From: Eledone cirrhosa
Taxonomy: Eukaryota
Direction of reading: 5' to 3'
NCBI GenBank assembly: GCA_964016885.1
Contig: OZ024765.1
Location: forward strand, 20,894,001 to 20,958,000
DNA length: 64,000 nt
The notes under the pieces are model-generated. The model worked only from the letters and a program-made list of their open reading frames with translations, was not told where the DNA came from and searched no databases. Shown here in pieces: positions 40,188 to 57,296 of this stretch; the stretch's first letter is position 1, and each line of letters opens with the position of its first letter. The translations under genes were made by a program, and so were the position numbers.

Positions 40188-41330
40188 CTTCCAATTCCTT
40201 TCGAAGAAGCGGGCTCCTTTTGTGAGAAGATCCATCTGCTGCCAACACCCTTCAAACGGAGGGCTGGGGATGCCGTGGCTGACGATGTGCAAACACGCGC
40301 TCAGGCTGTGGCACCTCGACGTATTCCTCACCGGACAACCGCTGTGGGCGCCGTTTGTGAGGCGAGCCTTCCCATGACTCGAATGTGCTCAGGCACTCAC
40401 AATCCTCTGGCAAACAGACCCGGCGATCAGTGGAGACTCCACTTCGACGTTCTATTGAGGGTTGGTTCGCAGCAAGTGCGACAACGTGCTCGGAGAAACT
40501 CTAGGCGTGGAGGAAGACGGACTGGCCAGTCTGTTCGGTAGAACCTTCCGCCCAGGACCGATGGACAACTTCCAAAAGTCCCTGGCCTGGCAGTGCTACC
40601 GAGGAGCTTAACCAGTTCAAGACAAGCTCTACAGACATAGGTGCCCAGGCAGGGACCCTTCGAAAAAGATCTGTCTGAGATGCGTGCGCGACGAGGAAAC
40701 CGTCGCGCACACATTCGTACACTGTCCGGGCGTTACCGACCTGTGGGGCTATGTGGAACGACTACTGTCGCGGGTGGGACCAATCCGGTTGACCACCGAG
40801 TACATTATCATGATCAAACCACCTCCCCCCTTCAAAAACGAAGGAGAGGCGGTTTTCCTTTGTGTGATAGCTATGGCGAAAGAGGTTGTATGGTGGACGA
40901 TGTTGAAAGGGCTGAGGTCAGACACCTTTCTCTCCGGCCAACAACTGATTCTTTTTTTCAAATACCATTTTAGAAGAAGGATCAGGATGGAGAGAGAGGT
41001 GCTGTACCCCAGCAAGTTTTATGAAAGGTGGGTGAAAGTGGCGAGAATGGCCCGAGTGAATGGGCCTTCTCTCTATATCAGCCTGTAGGTGAGAGAGGAG
41101 AAGAAGGAGGAGAGGAAGGGAGCACCCGTTCTTTGTGCTCCTGAGGAGGAGGGTTGCACATTTTTTTCGGGGGTGTGTGCGACCCACATCAACCTATTGA
41201 GGACTTTGATTGTTGAATTTGATTTGTTATATGTTTTTACACGTCCCTTGAAATGTATGTAAACTCCCCCCCCCCCCCCTTGTATTTGTCCCAATCTTTG
41301 ATGCCCTGGTGGCAAATAAATAAAAAGTTA
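40188..41330 (+). mobile_element. L1/Tx1-like LINE 3' fragment, copy 1
   Basis: FQFL...NGGLGMP, MDNFQKSLAW, CLRCVRDEETVAHTFVHC zinc knuckle, AATAAA followed by TATC-like sequence. Confidence 0.85.
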
Positions 41331-41344
41331 TCTATCCATCCGAC

Positions 41345-43010
41345 AGGGATACCCTCTCTCCTCCATTCTGTACGTACTGACTCTAGAGCCACTACTGCGG
41401 AAGCTGGGGCTGCTGCAGGGCATCTCGTTGGAACTGGGACTGCGGAAAGTTACGTTGGCTTATGCTGACTACCTGACGGTAATGGTGTCAGAAACCTCGG
41501 AAATTGGGGCGATCGGCAACTTACTGCAGGAATACGAAAGGTTCACAGGAGCAAAACTGAACCCGAACAAGTCTGTCGGTTTGCAACTCGGAACGTGGAG
41601 AGGCAAACCGATGCCGTCAGGCAGCGTTGTCGGATGATGGACGGACGGACCGGTGAAATTGCTCGGGGTCTGGTTCGGTCCGAACCTCCAGGTGGAGAAA
41701 AACTGGAATGAGGTCACAGCCAAGGTATTTGCGCTCACCCAGATGTGGGCAGAGTGCAAACTATCCTTGAAAAGTCGATCAGAGGTGGCAAACACTTTCA
41801 TAGCATCCATCATCTACTACTGCTTGACCGTCCTTCCCTATACTTGTGAACACCTCACCAAGATGGAACGCATGCTCTTCCAGTTCCTTTGGAAGAATCA
41901 GCTTCTACTGATGAGGTGATCCGTCTGCTGTCAGCACCCTTCCAACGGAGGGCTGGGAATGTCGTGGCTGATGATGTGCAAACATGCGCTGAGGCTATGG
42001 CATCTACAGGTATTCCTCACCGACCCCCAACCGGTGTGGCACCATTTGTAAGACAGGCCTTCCCGTAACTTGTCTCGCTGACGGAGCTGCAGTCCTGGGT
42101 CAAGCGGAGAATGAAGAAGATGGGCGCCTGGCGTATTGAATGCGCTCAGGCTCTCACAGTTCTCAGTGGAGACTCCACTTCGACATTCTATAGAGGGTTA
42201 GTACGTCACAAGGGTGACGACGTGCTCGGAGAGACTGTCTGTTTAGTAGGACTTTCCGCCCGGGACCTATGGACAACTTCCAGAGGTCCCTGGCCTGGCA
42301 GTGCTACCGAGGAGCTCTACCAGTTCATGACAAGATCTACAGGCATGGCTGCCCCTGCAGGGATCCTTCCAAGAGGACGTGTCCAAGATGCAAGCAGGAA
42401 ATTGAAACTGTTTTGCATGCAATTGTATACTGCCTGGGCGTAACCAACCTGTGGAACTACACAGAACAAGTGCTGTCGCGTATGGGACAAATCCAGTTAA
42501 CTGCCGAGTTCATAGTAAGGATCAAACCGCCAACTTCTTTCAAAAATGTATAGTGGCTATGGTGAAAGAGGTTATAAGATGGACGAGATTGAGAGGACTG
42601 AGGACAGACGCCTTTCTCTCCGGACAACAATTGATTCCCTTCTTTAAGTATCACTTTAGAAGGAGAATCAAGGTGGAGGGAAAGAGACACTGTACCCCAG
42701 TAAATTTACTGAAAGGTGGGTGAATGTGGTAAAAATGGCCCGAGTGATTGGGCCTTCTCTGTATATAAACCTGTAGGTTGAAGAAGAGAGCAAAAGGAAG
42801 AAAGAAGCACTTACACAACACGCTCCTGGAGTTGAGGGTTGTTCTATCGACGGGGTATTAAACAACCCATTTGTGGTGCCTTCCCCCTATTGGGGATTTC
42901 GATTGTTGTAATTGTTTGTTTTATATTTTTACACGACTGTATGTAAAATCCCCGGCATATCTTTGTATTGTCCCCTTTTCTTGTGCGCCCTTGTGGCTAA
43001 TAAAGAAATA
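41345..43010 (+). mobile_element. L1/Tx1-like LINE fragment with decayed RT, copy 2
   Basis: PLSP.LYVL..EPL, AYADYL (YADD-like), TGAKLNPNKS, KLLGVWFG, CPRCKQEIETVLHAIVYC. Contains stops and frameshifts; followed by (TATC)n. Confidence 0.88.
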
Positions 43011-43067
43011 TATCTATCTGTCTATCGATCTATCTATCTATCTATCTGTCTATCTGTCTGTAACAAC

Positions 43068-43626
43068 TGCTGTCGCGTATGGGACAAATCCAGTTGACTG
43101 CAGAGTCCATAGTAAGGATCAAACCGCCAGACTCTTTCAAAAACGAAAGAGAGGCGGTTTTCCTCTGTACGGTGGATATGGTGAAAGAAGTTATATGGTG
43201 GACGAGGTTGAGAGGACTGAGGACAGATGCCTTTCTCTCCAGACAACAACTGATTCCCTTCTTTAAGTATCACTTTAGAAGGAGAATCAGGGTGGAGAGA
43301 GAGGCACTGCACCCCAGTAAATTTACTGAAAGGTGGGTGAATGAAGCGAAAATGGCCCGAGTGATTGGGCCTTCTCTCTATATAAACCTGTAGGTTGAGG
43401 AAGAGAGCAAAAGGAAGAAAGGAGCACTTGCACAACACGCTCCTGGAGTTGAGGGTTGTTCTATCGACGGGGTATTAAACAACCCATTTGTGGCGCCTCC
43501 CCCCTATTGGGGATTTCGATTGTTATAATTGTTTGTTTTATATTTTTACACGACTGTATGTAAAATCCCCGGCATGTCTTTGTATTGTCCCCTTTTCTTG
43601 TTGCGCCCTTGTGGCTAATAAAGAAA
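43068..43626 (+). mobile_element. L1/Tx1-like LINE 3' fragment, copy 3
   Basis: Highly similar to 42472-43008; followed by (TGTC)n. Confidence 0.88.
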
Positions 43627-43869
43627 TCTGTCTGTCTGTCTGTCTGTCTGTCTACACACAACATTTCTCCAAGATGGCTGACAAGATACACATGCTCCCC
43701 ATTCCTTCCTCCTCTCACTCATCTTTCTATTTCATCCTTTGTTTCTCATCCTATCTTCCGAAGAAGGACCAGAGTCTGAAACACAAACACTAATATATAT
43801 CCAAGCGTTAAACTAATAGATTTCTTTGTTGTACTGTGTTTGTTTTTGTAGTTTCTGTTTACTTTTTGT

Positions 43870-46891
<3,022 letters not shown>

Positions 46892-46994
46892 TAGAGAGAG
46901 GTGGCAGTGTTGCATGCTGGGACAACCTGGGACTGTTTGGTGTTAATTGAATAGAAAAATTGAATGAAATATATTGATTTAATATTTCACATGT

Positions 46995-48300
46995 TGTGGT
47001 GGTGGTGGTGTGAGGTGGTGGTGGTAGTGGTGGTAGTGGTGGTGGTGGTGGTGGTGGTGGTGGTGTGGGTGGTGGTGTGGGTGGTGGTAGTGGTGGTGGT
47101 GGTAGTGGTGGTGTGGTGTTGGTGGTGGTAGTGGTAGTGGTGGTGTGGTGTTGGTGGTGTGGTGTTGGTGGTGGTGGTAGTGATGGTGGTGGTAGTGGTG
47201 GTGGTGGTAGTGGTGGTGGTGGTGTGGTTTTGGTGGTGGTGGTAGTGATGGTGGTGGTAGTGGTGGTGGTGGTAGTGGTGGTGGTAGTGTGGTGGTGGTA
47301 GTGGTGGTGTGGTGGTGGTGGTAGTGTTGGTGGCGGTGGTGGTGGTGTTGGTGGCGGTGGTGGTGGTGGTGTGTTGGTGGTGGTGGTGTGTTGGTGGTGG
47401 TGGTGGTAGTGGTGGTGGTGGTAGTGGTGGTGGTGGTGGTGTGGTTTTGGTGGTGGTGGTGGTGTGGTTTTGGTGGTGGTGTCGTTTTGGTGGTGGTGGT
47501 GGTGGTGGTGGTGGTGGTGTGGTTTTGGTGGTGGTGGTGTTGTAGTGGTGTGGTGGTGGTAGTGGTGGTGGTGTGGTGGTGGTAGTAGTGGCGGTGGTGT
47601 AGTGGTGGTGGTGTTGTAGTGGTGTGGTTTTGGTGGTGGTAGTGGTGGTGTTGTAGTGGTGTGGTGGGAGTGGTGGTAGTGGTGGTGGTGGTGGTGGTGT
47701 GGTGGTGTAGTGGTGGTGGTGGTGTGGTGGTGTGAGATGGTGATGGTGGTGGTGGTAGTGGTGGTGGTAGTAGTGGCGGTGGTGTAGTGGTGGTGGTGTT
47801 GTAGTGGTGTGGTGGTGTGGTTTTGGTGGTGGTAGTGGTGGTGGTGGTGTGGTGTTGGTGGTGGTAGTGGTGGTGGTAGTGGTGGTAGTGGTGGTGGTGG
47901 TGTGGTGGTGTAGTGGTGGTGGTGGTGGTGTGAGATGGTGGTGGTGGTGGTGGTAGTGGTGGTGTGGTGGTGGTGTGGTGGTGGTGTGGTGGTGGTGTGG
48001 TGGTGGTGTGGTGTTCGTGGTGGTGGTAGTGGTGGTGGTAGTGGTGGTGGTGGTGGTGGTGGTAGTGGTGGTGGTGGTAGTGGTGGTGGTGTGGTGGTGG
48101 TGGTGTTGGTGGCGGTGGTGGTTGTGTTGTAGTGGTGGTGGTGGTGTGGTGTTGTAGTGGTGGTGGTGGTAGTGGTGGTGGTGGTAGTGGTGGTGGTGTG
48201 GTGGTGGTAGTGGTGGTAGTGGTGGTAGTGGTGGTGTGGTGGTGTAGTGGTGGTGGTGGTGGTGTGAGATGGTGATGGTGGTAGTGGTAGTGGTGGTGGT
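46995..48300. repeat. (GGT)n-rich tract
   Basis: Read directly. Confidence 0.95.
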
Positions 48301-48784
48301 GAGAGCTCCACTGTCCTAACCTACCTACAAACAGGCCCATCTCTACCAAACTCTGCTGAGAGTTTCAATTGGATGTGGGTGGGGGGGGTCTTGGTAGCAA
48401 CACCACCACCACTACACTAACACCACCACCACCACCACACACCACCACTACACTAACACCACCACCACCACCACACACCACCACTACACTAACAACACCA
48501 CCACCATCACTACACCACCACCACCACTGTATATATGACATGACACATTAGTTAATGTAGTCCTAGATAGACTGTGTCTGTATATAAGACAGGATGGTCA
48601 CAGCTGGAATATCTTTGATCATACAACAACATCCAACCCATGTCATACATAACCACCCCAGGGTTACATTTAGAACTTCAGGTTTGGGGGAGGGGGTTAT
48701 ACACAGCATCACCCACCCCTCCTCCTATTACATATCAAGGTCAGATTGGTGCAAGTAATTGGAATTGAAAAGTTATAATGATAA

Positions 48785-50665
48785 TGAAAATTATTGTGTA
48801 CAGTGCTCAGGTGCACTACAACTCATCAAAGGTGCATGTATAGTACATAGAATAATGTACAAACGTCAGGAAAGTGAACAGTGTATGAGTCATGATATAC
48901 ATGTGTGTGTGTATGGAGGGGGGGATATCTGGTGTAGTGTTGGTGAATCTCAGGAAACATGGAGGTTTAAAAGGATGCAGTGTCTCGACAGCTAACAACT
49001 GATGCAGGTAGTTTGTTCCATGGAAGTTTTAAAGGATGCAGTGTCCTGACAGCTAACAACTGATGCAGGTAGTTTGTACCATGGAGGTTTTAAAGGATGC
49101 AGTGTCCTGACAGCTAACAACTGATGCAGGTAGTTTGTTCCATGGAGGTTTTAAAGGATGCAGTGTCTCGACAGCTAACAACTGATGCAAGTAGTTTGTT
49201 CCATGGAAGTTTTAAAGGATGTAGTGTCTCGACAGCTAACAACTGATGCAGGTAGTTTGTTCCATGGAGGTTTTAAAGGATGCAGTGTCTCCACAGCTAA
49301 TAACTGATGCAGGGAGTTTGTTCCATGGAGGTTTTAAAGGATGCAGTGTCTCGAGAGCTAACAACTGATGCAGGTAGTTTGTTCCATGGAGGTTTTAAAG
49401 GATGCAGTGTCTCGACAGCTAACAACTGATGCAGGTAGTTTGTTCCATGGAGGTTTGAAAGGATGCAGTGTCTCGACAGCTAACAACTGATGCAGGGAGT
49501 TTGTTCCATGGAAGTTTTAAAGGATGCAGTGTCCTGACAGCTAACAACTGATGCAGGTAGTTTGTACCATGGAGGTTTTAAAGGATGCAGTGTCATGACA
49601 GCTAACAACTGATGCAGGTAGTTTGTTCCATGGAGGTTTTAAAGGATGCAGTGTCTCGACAGCTAACAACTGATGCAGGTAGTTTGTTCCATGGAAGTTT
49701 TAAAGGATGTAGTATCCCGACAGCTAACAACTGATGCAGGTAGTTTGTTCCATGGAGGTTTTAAAGGATGCAGTATCTCCACAGCTAATAACTGATGCAG
49801 GGAGTTTGTTCCATGGAGGTTTTAAAGGATGCAGTGTCTCGACAGTTAACAACTGATGCAGGGAGTTTGTTCCATGGAGGTTTTAAAGGATGTAGTGTCC
49901 CGACAGCTAACAACTGATGCAGGTAGTTTGTTCCTTCGAGGTTTTAAAGGAAGCAGTGTCTTGACAGCTAACAACTGATGCAGGTAGTTTGTTCCATGGA
50001 AGTTTTAAAGGATGTAGTGTCCCAACAGCTAACAACTGATGCAGGTACTTTGTTCCATGGAAGTTTTAAAGGATGCAGTGTCTCGACAGCTAACAACTGA
50101 TGCAGGTAGTTTGTTCCATGGAAGTTTTAAAGGATGCAGTGTCTCGACAGCTAACAACTGATGCAGGTAGTTTGTTCCATGGAAGTTTTAAAGGATGCAG
50201 TGTCTCGACAGCTAACAACTGATGCAGGTAGTTTGTTCCATGGAGGTTTTAAAGGATGCAGTGTCTCGACAGCTAACAACTGATGCAGGGAGTTTGTTCC
50301 GTGGAGGTTTTAAAGGATGCAGTGTCTCGACAGCTAAAAACTGATGCAGGTAGTTTGTTCCATGGAGGTTTTAAAGGATGCAGTGTCTTGACAGCTAACA
50401 ACTGATGCAGGTAGTTTGTTCCATGGAAGTTTTAAAGGATGTAGTGTCCCGACAGCTAACAACTGATGCAGGTAGTTTGTTCCATGGAGTTTTTAAAGGA
50501 TGCAGTGTCTCGACAGCTAACAACTGATGCAGGTAGTTTGTTCCATGGAGGTTTTAAAGGATGCAGTGTCTCGACCGCTAACAACTGATGCGGGTAGTTT
50601 GTTCCATGCTTCAGCAACTCCAAGTGTGAAAGAAATGTTTCCAAAAGTCATGGGAGCTGTGCTTT
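48785..50665 (-). mobile_element. CR1-like LINE 3' fragment containing an internally amplified 61-bp satellite (48958-50607, ~27 copies)
   Basis: The unit encodes WNKLPASVVSCRDTASFK on the minus strand. The 3'UTR lies on the left and the upstream LINE sequence on the right, colinear with 30120-30360. Confidence 0.93.
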
Positions 50666-50979
50666 CACATACAGGTATTAAATTAAAAAATTCTAATCAT
50701 CGTAAAACTAAAAGGTCCAGCTGAGGGCACAAATAAATTGCTACGACCGTCTTTTCTCCATATATATATATATGTGTTTATATATATATATATGTGTGTG
50801 TGTGTATACACATATATATAGGTGCGTATGTGTGTCTATAAATGTGTGTGTGTGTATATATATATATATTCCAAGAGATGGCCACATGAATAAACCTGTT
50901 TTTTCTCAAAGAATTTTGTTTTCGTTTGCACCCCTGCCCACTCTCATCAATCTTTCTACTTCTTTAATTTCTCATTCTA

Positions 50980-51075
50980 TCTTCAGGTGAAGGACTAGCG
51001 TCCGAAACGTTAAGACTCTTTTCCTACGATATCAAGCGTAAAACTAATAATATATTTCTTCATTGTACTGTGTCG
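50980..51075 (+). mobile_element. Pseudo-LTR-like repeat with decayed hammerhead (CAGGTGA-a-ggac/gtcc-GAAACGTTA)
   Basis: Stem II ggac-tagc-gtcc and palindromic AACGTT. A related, more decayed copy at ~43750-43840 shares AAGCGT.AAACTAATA. Confidence 0.45.
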
Positions 51076-51464
51076 TCTGCTTTAGGACCCCGACGGCTGA
51101 GCTCCGGCCGTTTTGACAACTAGATCGAAACGGCCGGAGCTCAGCCGTCGGGGCCCTGAATCTTTTCCGCATTACCCACTCTACTACCCCAAGTATTGAG
51201 TACTCTGGTGGGTTATGGTCCACCTCGTATCTTACCACACCCTATTTGATAAGAGTCGGGACCCACGGCTGAGCTGTTGCCGTTTCAACAGCTAGTGGAA
51301 ACAGCTATATGGAAATAGCCGTTGAAACGGCACAAGCTCAGCCGTGGGTCCCGACTCTTTATAATCATACCCTACTAATCCCATTTGTTGAATAATGGTC
51401 CAACCACTTTCAAACTGAATCCATCCTCATATATATACACACACACACACACGTGTGTGTGTGT

Positions 51465-51600
51465 CCCGGGTTCAGTCGGGTTAACTACAGTTAGTAAAGT
51501 ACTCAATACATTATTAGAGTGTAACCATCAAGTTTAATATAGAAATGGCTTCTACAGGACTAGAACCGTTTCATTCAAAAGATATCACCAGGAAAGCCAT
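51465..51600 (-). mobile_element. Family A pseudo-LTR with decayed hammerhead (CTGGTGA)
   Basis: atggctttc-CTGGTGA-tatcttttgaat-GAAA-CGG-ttctagtc-CTGT-A-gaagccat. Confidence 0.65.
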
Positions 51601-51617
51601 ACCATCATAGACACGAG

Positions 51618-51665
<48 letters not shown>

Positions 51666-51798
51666 GGTATATATCGTGGCCCATCGCACCACATAGAAAC
51701 ATATGTAGGATTAAAATTATGTAATATATATACATTACTGTAAAATAAGGTACCAGTAATGTACTGAGTATTTGATGGCCTTGTGCCAAAAGTAGAAA

Positions 51799-51877
51799 CA
51801 ATTATATTTTATCTGATGAGGACGTACTGTTGAACTTAATTCAGTACCTCTGAAATATGTATAATAAAATATAATTG
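51799..51877 (+). ncRNA. Type I hammerhead ribozyme, family C
   Basis: 14-bp stem I caattatattttat/ataaaatataattg, CTGATGA 51813-51819, stem II gga-c-gtactg/cagtac-c-tct, GAAA 51852-51855, minimal stem III ATATGTAT, AUA site ending at 51863. Confidence 0.78.
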
Positions 51878-51980
51878 ATCACAAGAATATCTATTTTGTT
51901 AATATTTGGAATTAATATATATATATATATATATATATACGATATTAAACAAATGGAAACTATATTTATAAAACCATATT

Positions 51981-52046
51981 TATTTCATTATACATATTTC
52001 AGGGATACCATATTAAAAATATGGCATGCCTTCGTCAGATAAAATA
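51981..52046 (-). ncRNA. Type I hammerhead ribozyme, family C
   Basis: tattttat-CTGACGA-aggcatgccatatt/aatatggtatccct-GAAA-tatgtat-A-atgaaata. The long stem II differs in sequence from that of the 51799 copy. Confidence 0.78.
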
Positions 52047-52251
52047 CAATATATAAACAGTTTTATAAATAATTTTGACGTACCATAATATAAGCGACCA
52101 TTAAATTAGGAGGCTGCCTTGGTAGTGAAGTGTTTATAGTATAGTTTCCATTTGTTTAATATCGTATATCTACTCCAAAAACTTGTCGAGTGCTTTATAT
52201 CAGTTATAAAATATTTACTTGTTGTAACCCAACAATTTTAAATAAAACTTT

Positions 52252-52315
<64 letters not shown>

Positions 52316-52619
52316 AGTTTGTGATTAAAGACACCTTATACTGTATTCAGAAAATTAAACACACACACATGTACATATATTGACACACATACGCATACAT
52401 ACATATATTGACACACATACGCATACACACATATGCACATACATACACAGAAATACATATACACATACATATGTGTGTATGTGTTGACATATATGTGTAT
52501 GTATATTGACAGAGATACATACACGCACACAAAGATACATACACACACGTGTATATATATCTCATACATACATATACACACATATATATAATATATGTAC
52601 ACACACGTATCTCTCTCTC

Positions 52620-52660
<41 letters not shown>

Positions 52661-52986
52661 GGCCACAGAGACACATACATACATGTCAATATATACATAC
52701 AGATATATGTACCCCGTCACATATATATATATACACGCACATATATATAGTTTACAGATCGAACCATGAGTTCATCAATCGCGAAACGCGCGTCACACAT
52801 CAATAAATGTAATGAAAATTTGATTATCATATACGCCATGCTTTGACGCATAGAGTTACGGCCCTTTATGGTCTGAGTTCAAATCCCGACGAGGTTAACT
52901 TTGCCTTTCATTCTTACGGGGTCGATAAAATAAAGTACCAGTAATACACTGGTGTTTTTGCTGGCCTTGTGCCAAAAAGTAGAAAC

Positions 52987-53058
<72 letters not shown>

Positions 53059-53254
53059 CTATATACCAGATACTTTAAGAGTAATGTCATATATATAGAT
53101 AGATGGGACCCACCTATACATACATATGTGTGTGAGTATATATATATATACACACACATGCGTATATATATATATACACACACACACACAGTTACTTTAA
53201 GAGATATGTTACATAAATCTAACAAGAAATAAAGCCGCAAACAACGATACACAG

Positions 53255-53315
<61 letters not shown>

Positions 53316-53792
53316 GATATAGATATATATATATATATATATAATATATATACCCACCCACACAGAGATATATTTATATACACACACGCACGTGTATATA
53401 TAAACATATAGTTGCAGTAGAACTTACTATAGGAGGTATGTTATAGAGTTACACATGAAAGGGACGCTGCCAACAACGATATATATATATATAAACATAT
53501 ACACATATATATATATATATAAACATATACACATATATATATATATATATACATACGTGTGTATATATATATATACATATAAATATATATAAACATATTG
53601 ACACACATACGCATACATACATATATATACATGCACACACATATGCACATACATACACAGAATATATTGTATATACATACATATATATATATAAATATAT
53701 ATAAACATATACACATATATATATATATATATATACATACGTGTGTGTATATATATAAACATATACACACACACATATATATATACACATAC

Positions 53793-53828
<36 letters not shown>

Positions 53829-53976
53829 TATACATACATACATACAAACATATACACACACACACATATATATATAGACATACGTGTGTGTATATATATG
53901 TATATATATAAATATACAAATATATATAAACATATACACACATATATATATACATATATATGTATAAGTATGTATA

Positions 53977-54008
<32 letters not shown>

Positions 54009-54255
54009 CATACTTATACATACATGTATATATATAAATATATATAAACATATACATACATGTATATATAAATATATAAACATATACACAAACATATACA
54101 TACATAAGTGTCCCGACGGCTGAGCTCCGGCCGTTTCGAAGGATCTAGCTGTCGAAACGGCCGGAGCTCAGCCGTCGGGGTCCTGACTCTTTTCCTATTA
54201 CCCACTCTACTACCATAAGTATTGAGTACTCTGCTGTGTTATGGTCCACCTGGTA

Positions 54256-54296
<41 letters not shown>

Positions 54297-54378
54297 GTTA
54301 TTCCGGGTTGAATCGGAGGTAACCACAGTAAGTAAGGTACTCAATACATAGCAGAGTATAAAAGTTTTAATATAGATG

Positions 54379-54429
54379 AGATTCTACAGGACTAGAACTG
54401 TTTCATTCTTTAGAAATCATCAGGAATCT
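54379..54429 (-). ncRNA. Type I hammerhead ribozyme, family A
   Basis: agattc-CTGATGA-t-ttc-taaa-gaa-t-GAAA-CAG-ttctagtc-CTGT-A-gaatct. Confidence 0.82.
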
Positions 54430-54548
54430 GGGTATCATATATATACATACATATATATATATAGAGATGGATATATATACATTTTTTTATATATAGAAAT
54501 GGCTTCTACAGGACTAGAACTGTTTCATTTGGTGGAAATCAGCAGGAA

Positions 54549-54599
54549 GGCTTCCTGATGATTTCCTTCGAATGAAACAGTTCTAGTTCTGTAGAAGCC
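54549..54599 (+). ncRNA. Type I hammerhead ribozyme, family A (right arm of the 54491-54609 palindrome)
   Basis: ggcttc-CTGATGA-t-ttc-cttc-gaa-t-GAAA-CAG-ttctagtt-CTGT-A-gaagcc. The opposite arm (54501-54549 -) has a mutated CTGCTGA core. Confidence 0.82.
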
Positions 54600-55544
54600 A
54601 TTTCTATATATAATATATACACTCTGCTATGTATTGAGTACCTTACTGTGTTACTCCTGACTGAACCCCGAACATATATACACGTATATATACATATATA
54701 TTTATATATATGTGTGTGTGAAGGAATCGGGAGCCTTACGGTTGAGCTCCTGCCGTTTAAAAAGCTAGATCTATACACAACCACATATATATATCTACAC
54801 ACACACAAACACACACACACACACACAAACATATATATTTACATACACACATATATATTTACATATACACACACACACACACATATTTACATATACACAC
54901 ACACACATATATATATATGTGTGTGTAAAATAGATATATGTATACATAAATATACACACGAATATATATACATCCACACACACAGAGATGTAAACACATA
55001 TATAGGCACATGCAGCTATAGGGCACGTGTGTATATATACTTCCCTGACATTTGTACATTATTCTATGTACTATACATGCACCTTTGATGAGTTGTAGTG
55101 CACCTGAGCACTGTAACACAATAAATTTCATTATTATAATTTAGGAGGTGTTACAACGAATGAAGCTGCCACCAAAACACACACGTATACATACACACAC
55201 GTATATATTTACACACACACACACACACGTATATATACACACACACGTATATATGTATATATACACACAGCTGTCTATATATACAGTAGTAGTATTACTT
55301 ATTTTAGGAGCTATATGGTATAGATTTAACAAGGAATGAAGCCCATAGCCAGACACACACACACACACATCTATATATACAGATATCTATACACATATAT
55401 ACACACACGTGTGTGTATATATATGTATATATATATATAGATATATATGTATATACCCAACTATATATAATATAAATACAACTCACATAAGAGAGAGATG
55501 TAACTCAAAGAATTAAGCCGACAACGAAACACACACACTTACAG

Positions 55545-56163
55545 GAAAGACATATATATATACAGATATATATATGTATACACATATATGTATACACACA
55601 GATATATGTATACCCAGATATATATATATATATCCATATATATATATATATATATACATATATACACACAGATATATAAATATATACACAGATATTTATA
55701 TATATATACACAGATATATATATATATATACACAGATATATATATATATATATATACACAGATATATATATATACACATATATATACAGATATATATATA
55801 TACACATATATATACAGATATATATATACACAGATATATATATATATATATATATACACAGATATATATATACACATATATATATATACACAGATATATA
55901 TATATACACAGATATATATATATACACATATATATATACACATATATATATATATACACATATATATATACACACATATATATATACACACATATATATA
56001 TACACAGATATATATATACACAGATATATATATACACAGATATATATATACACAGATATATATATACACAGATATATATATACACAGATATATATATACA
56101 CAGATATATATACACAGATATATATATACACAGATATATATATACACAGATATATATATACAC

Positions 56164-56208
<45 letters not shown>

Positions 56209-57120
56209 TATATATATATACACAGATATATATATACACAGATATATATATACACACAGGTATATATATACACACAGGTATATATATATATACACACAGA
56301 TATATATATATATATACACACAGATATATATATATATATATACACACAAATATATATATACAGTTATATATATATACACATATTGTTATACTTTGGGAGG
56401 GTCATGTTGCCAGTTATATATATATATATACAGTTATATATATATATATATACAGTTATATATATATATATATATATACAGTTATATATATATATATATA
56501 TATATACAGTTATATATATATATATATATATACACAGTTATATATATATATATATATACACAGTTATATATATATATATATACACAGTTATATATATATA
56601 TATATATACACAGTTATATATATATATATATATACACAGTTATATATATATATATATATACACAGTTATATATATATATATATATACACAGTTATATATA
56701 TATATATACAGTTATATATATATATATATATACACAGTTATAAATATATATATATATACACAGTTATAAATATATACACAGTTATATATATATACACAGT
56801 TATATATATATACACAGATATATATATATACACAGATATATATATATATACACAGATATATATATATATACACAGATATATATATATACACACAGATATA
56901 TATATATATACACACAGATATATATATATATACACACAGATATATATATATATATACACAGATATATATATATATATACACAGATATATATATATACACA
57001 GTTATATATATATACACAGTTATATATATATACACAGTTATATATATATACACAGTTATATATATATACACAGATAGATATATATATATATATATAAATA
57101 TATATATACATACATACATA
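55545..57120. repeat. (TA)n-CACAGA / (TA)n-CAGT compound satellite
   Basis: Read directly. Confidence 0.93.
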
Positions 57121-57250
57121 CATACACGTGTGTGTGTGTATATATATATAGTTGAAGTGCCGTTACTTTAGGAGGAATTTTATAGAGATTTAACACAAGG
57201 AATGAAGCTGACACACACATATATATATATACACACAGCTATACACACAG

Positions 57251-57289
<39 letters not shown>

Positions 57290-57296
<7 letters not shown>

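Noticed and set aside
48325-48356. Possible minus-strand micro-exon (ctctcag|CAGAGT...TTGTAG|gtaggt)
   Set aside because: Weak acceptor, no partner exons and no recognisable peptide; RNA-seq would be needed.
52765-52800. GAAACGCGCGTC hammerhead-like 3' half; similar remnants near 12045 and 30395
   Set aside because: No CUGANGA or stem I partner, so too decayed to call.
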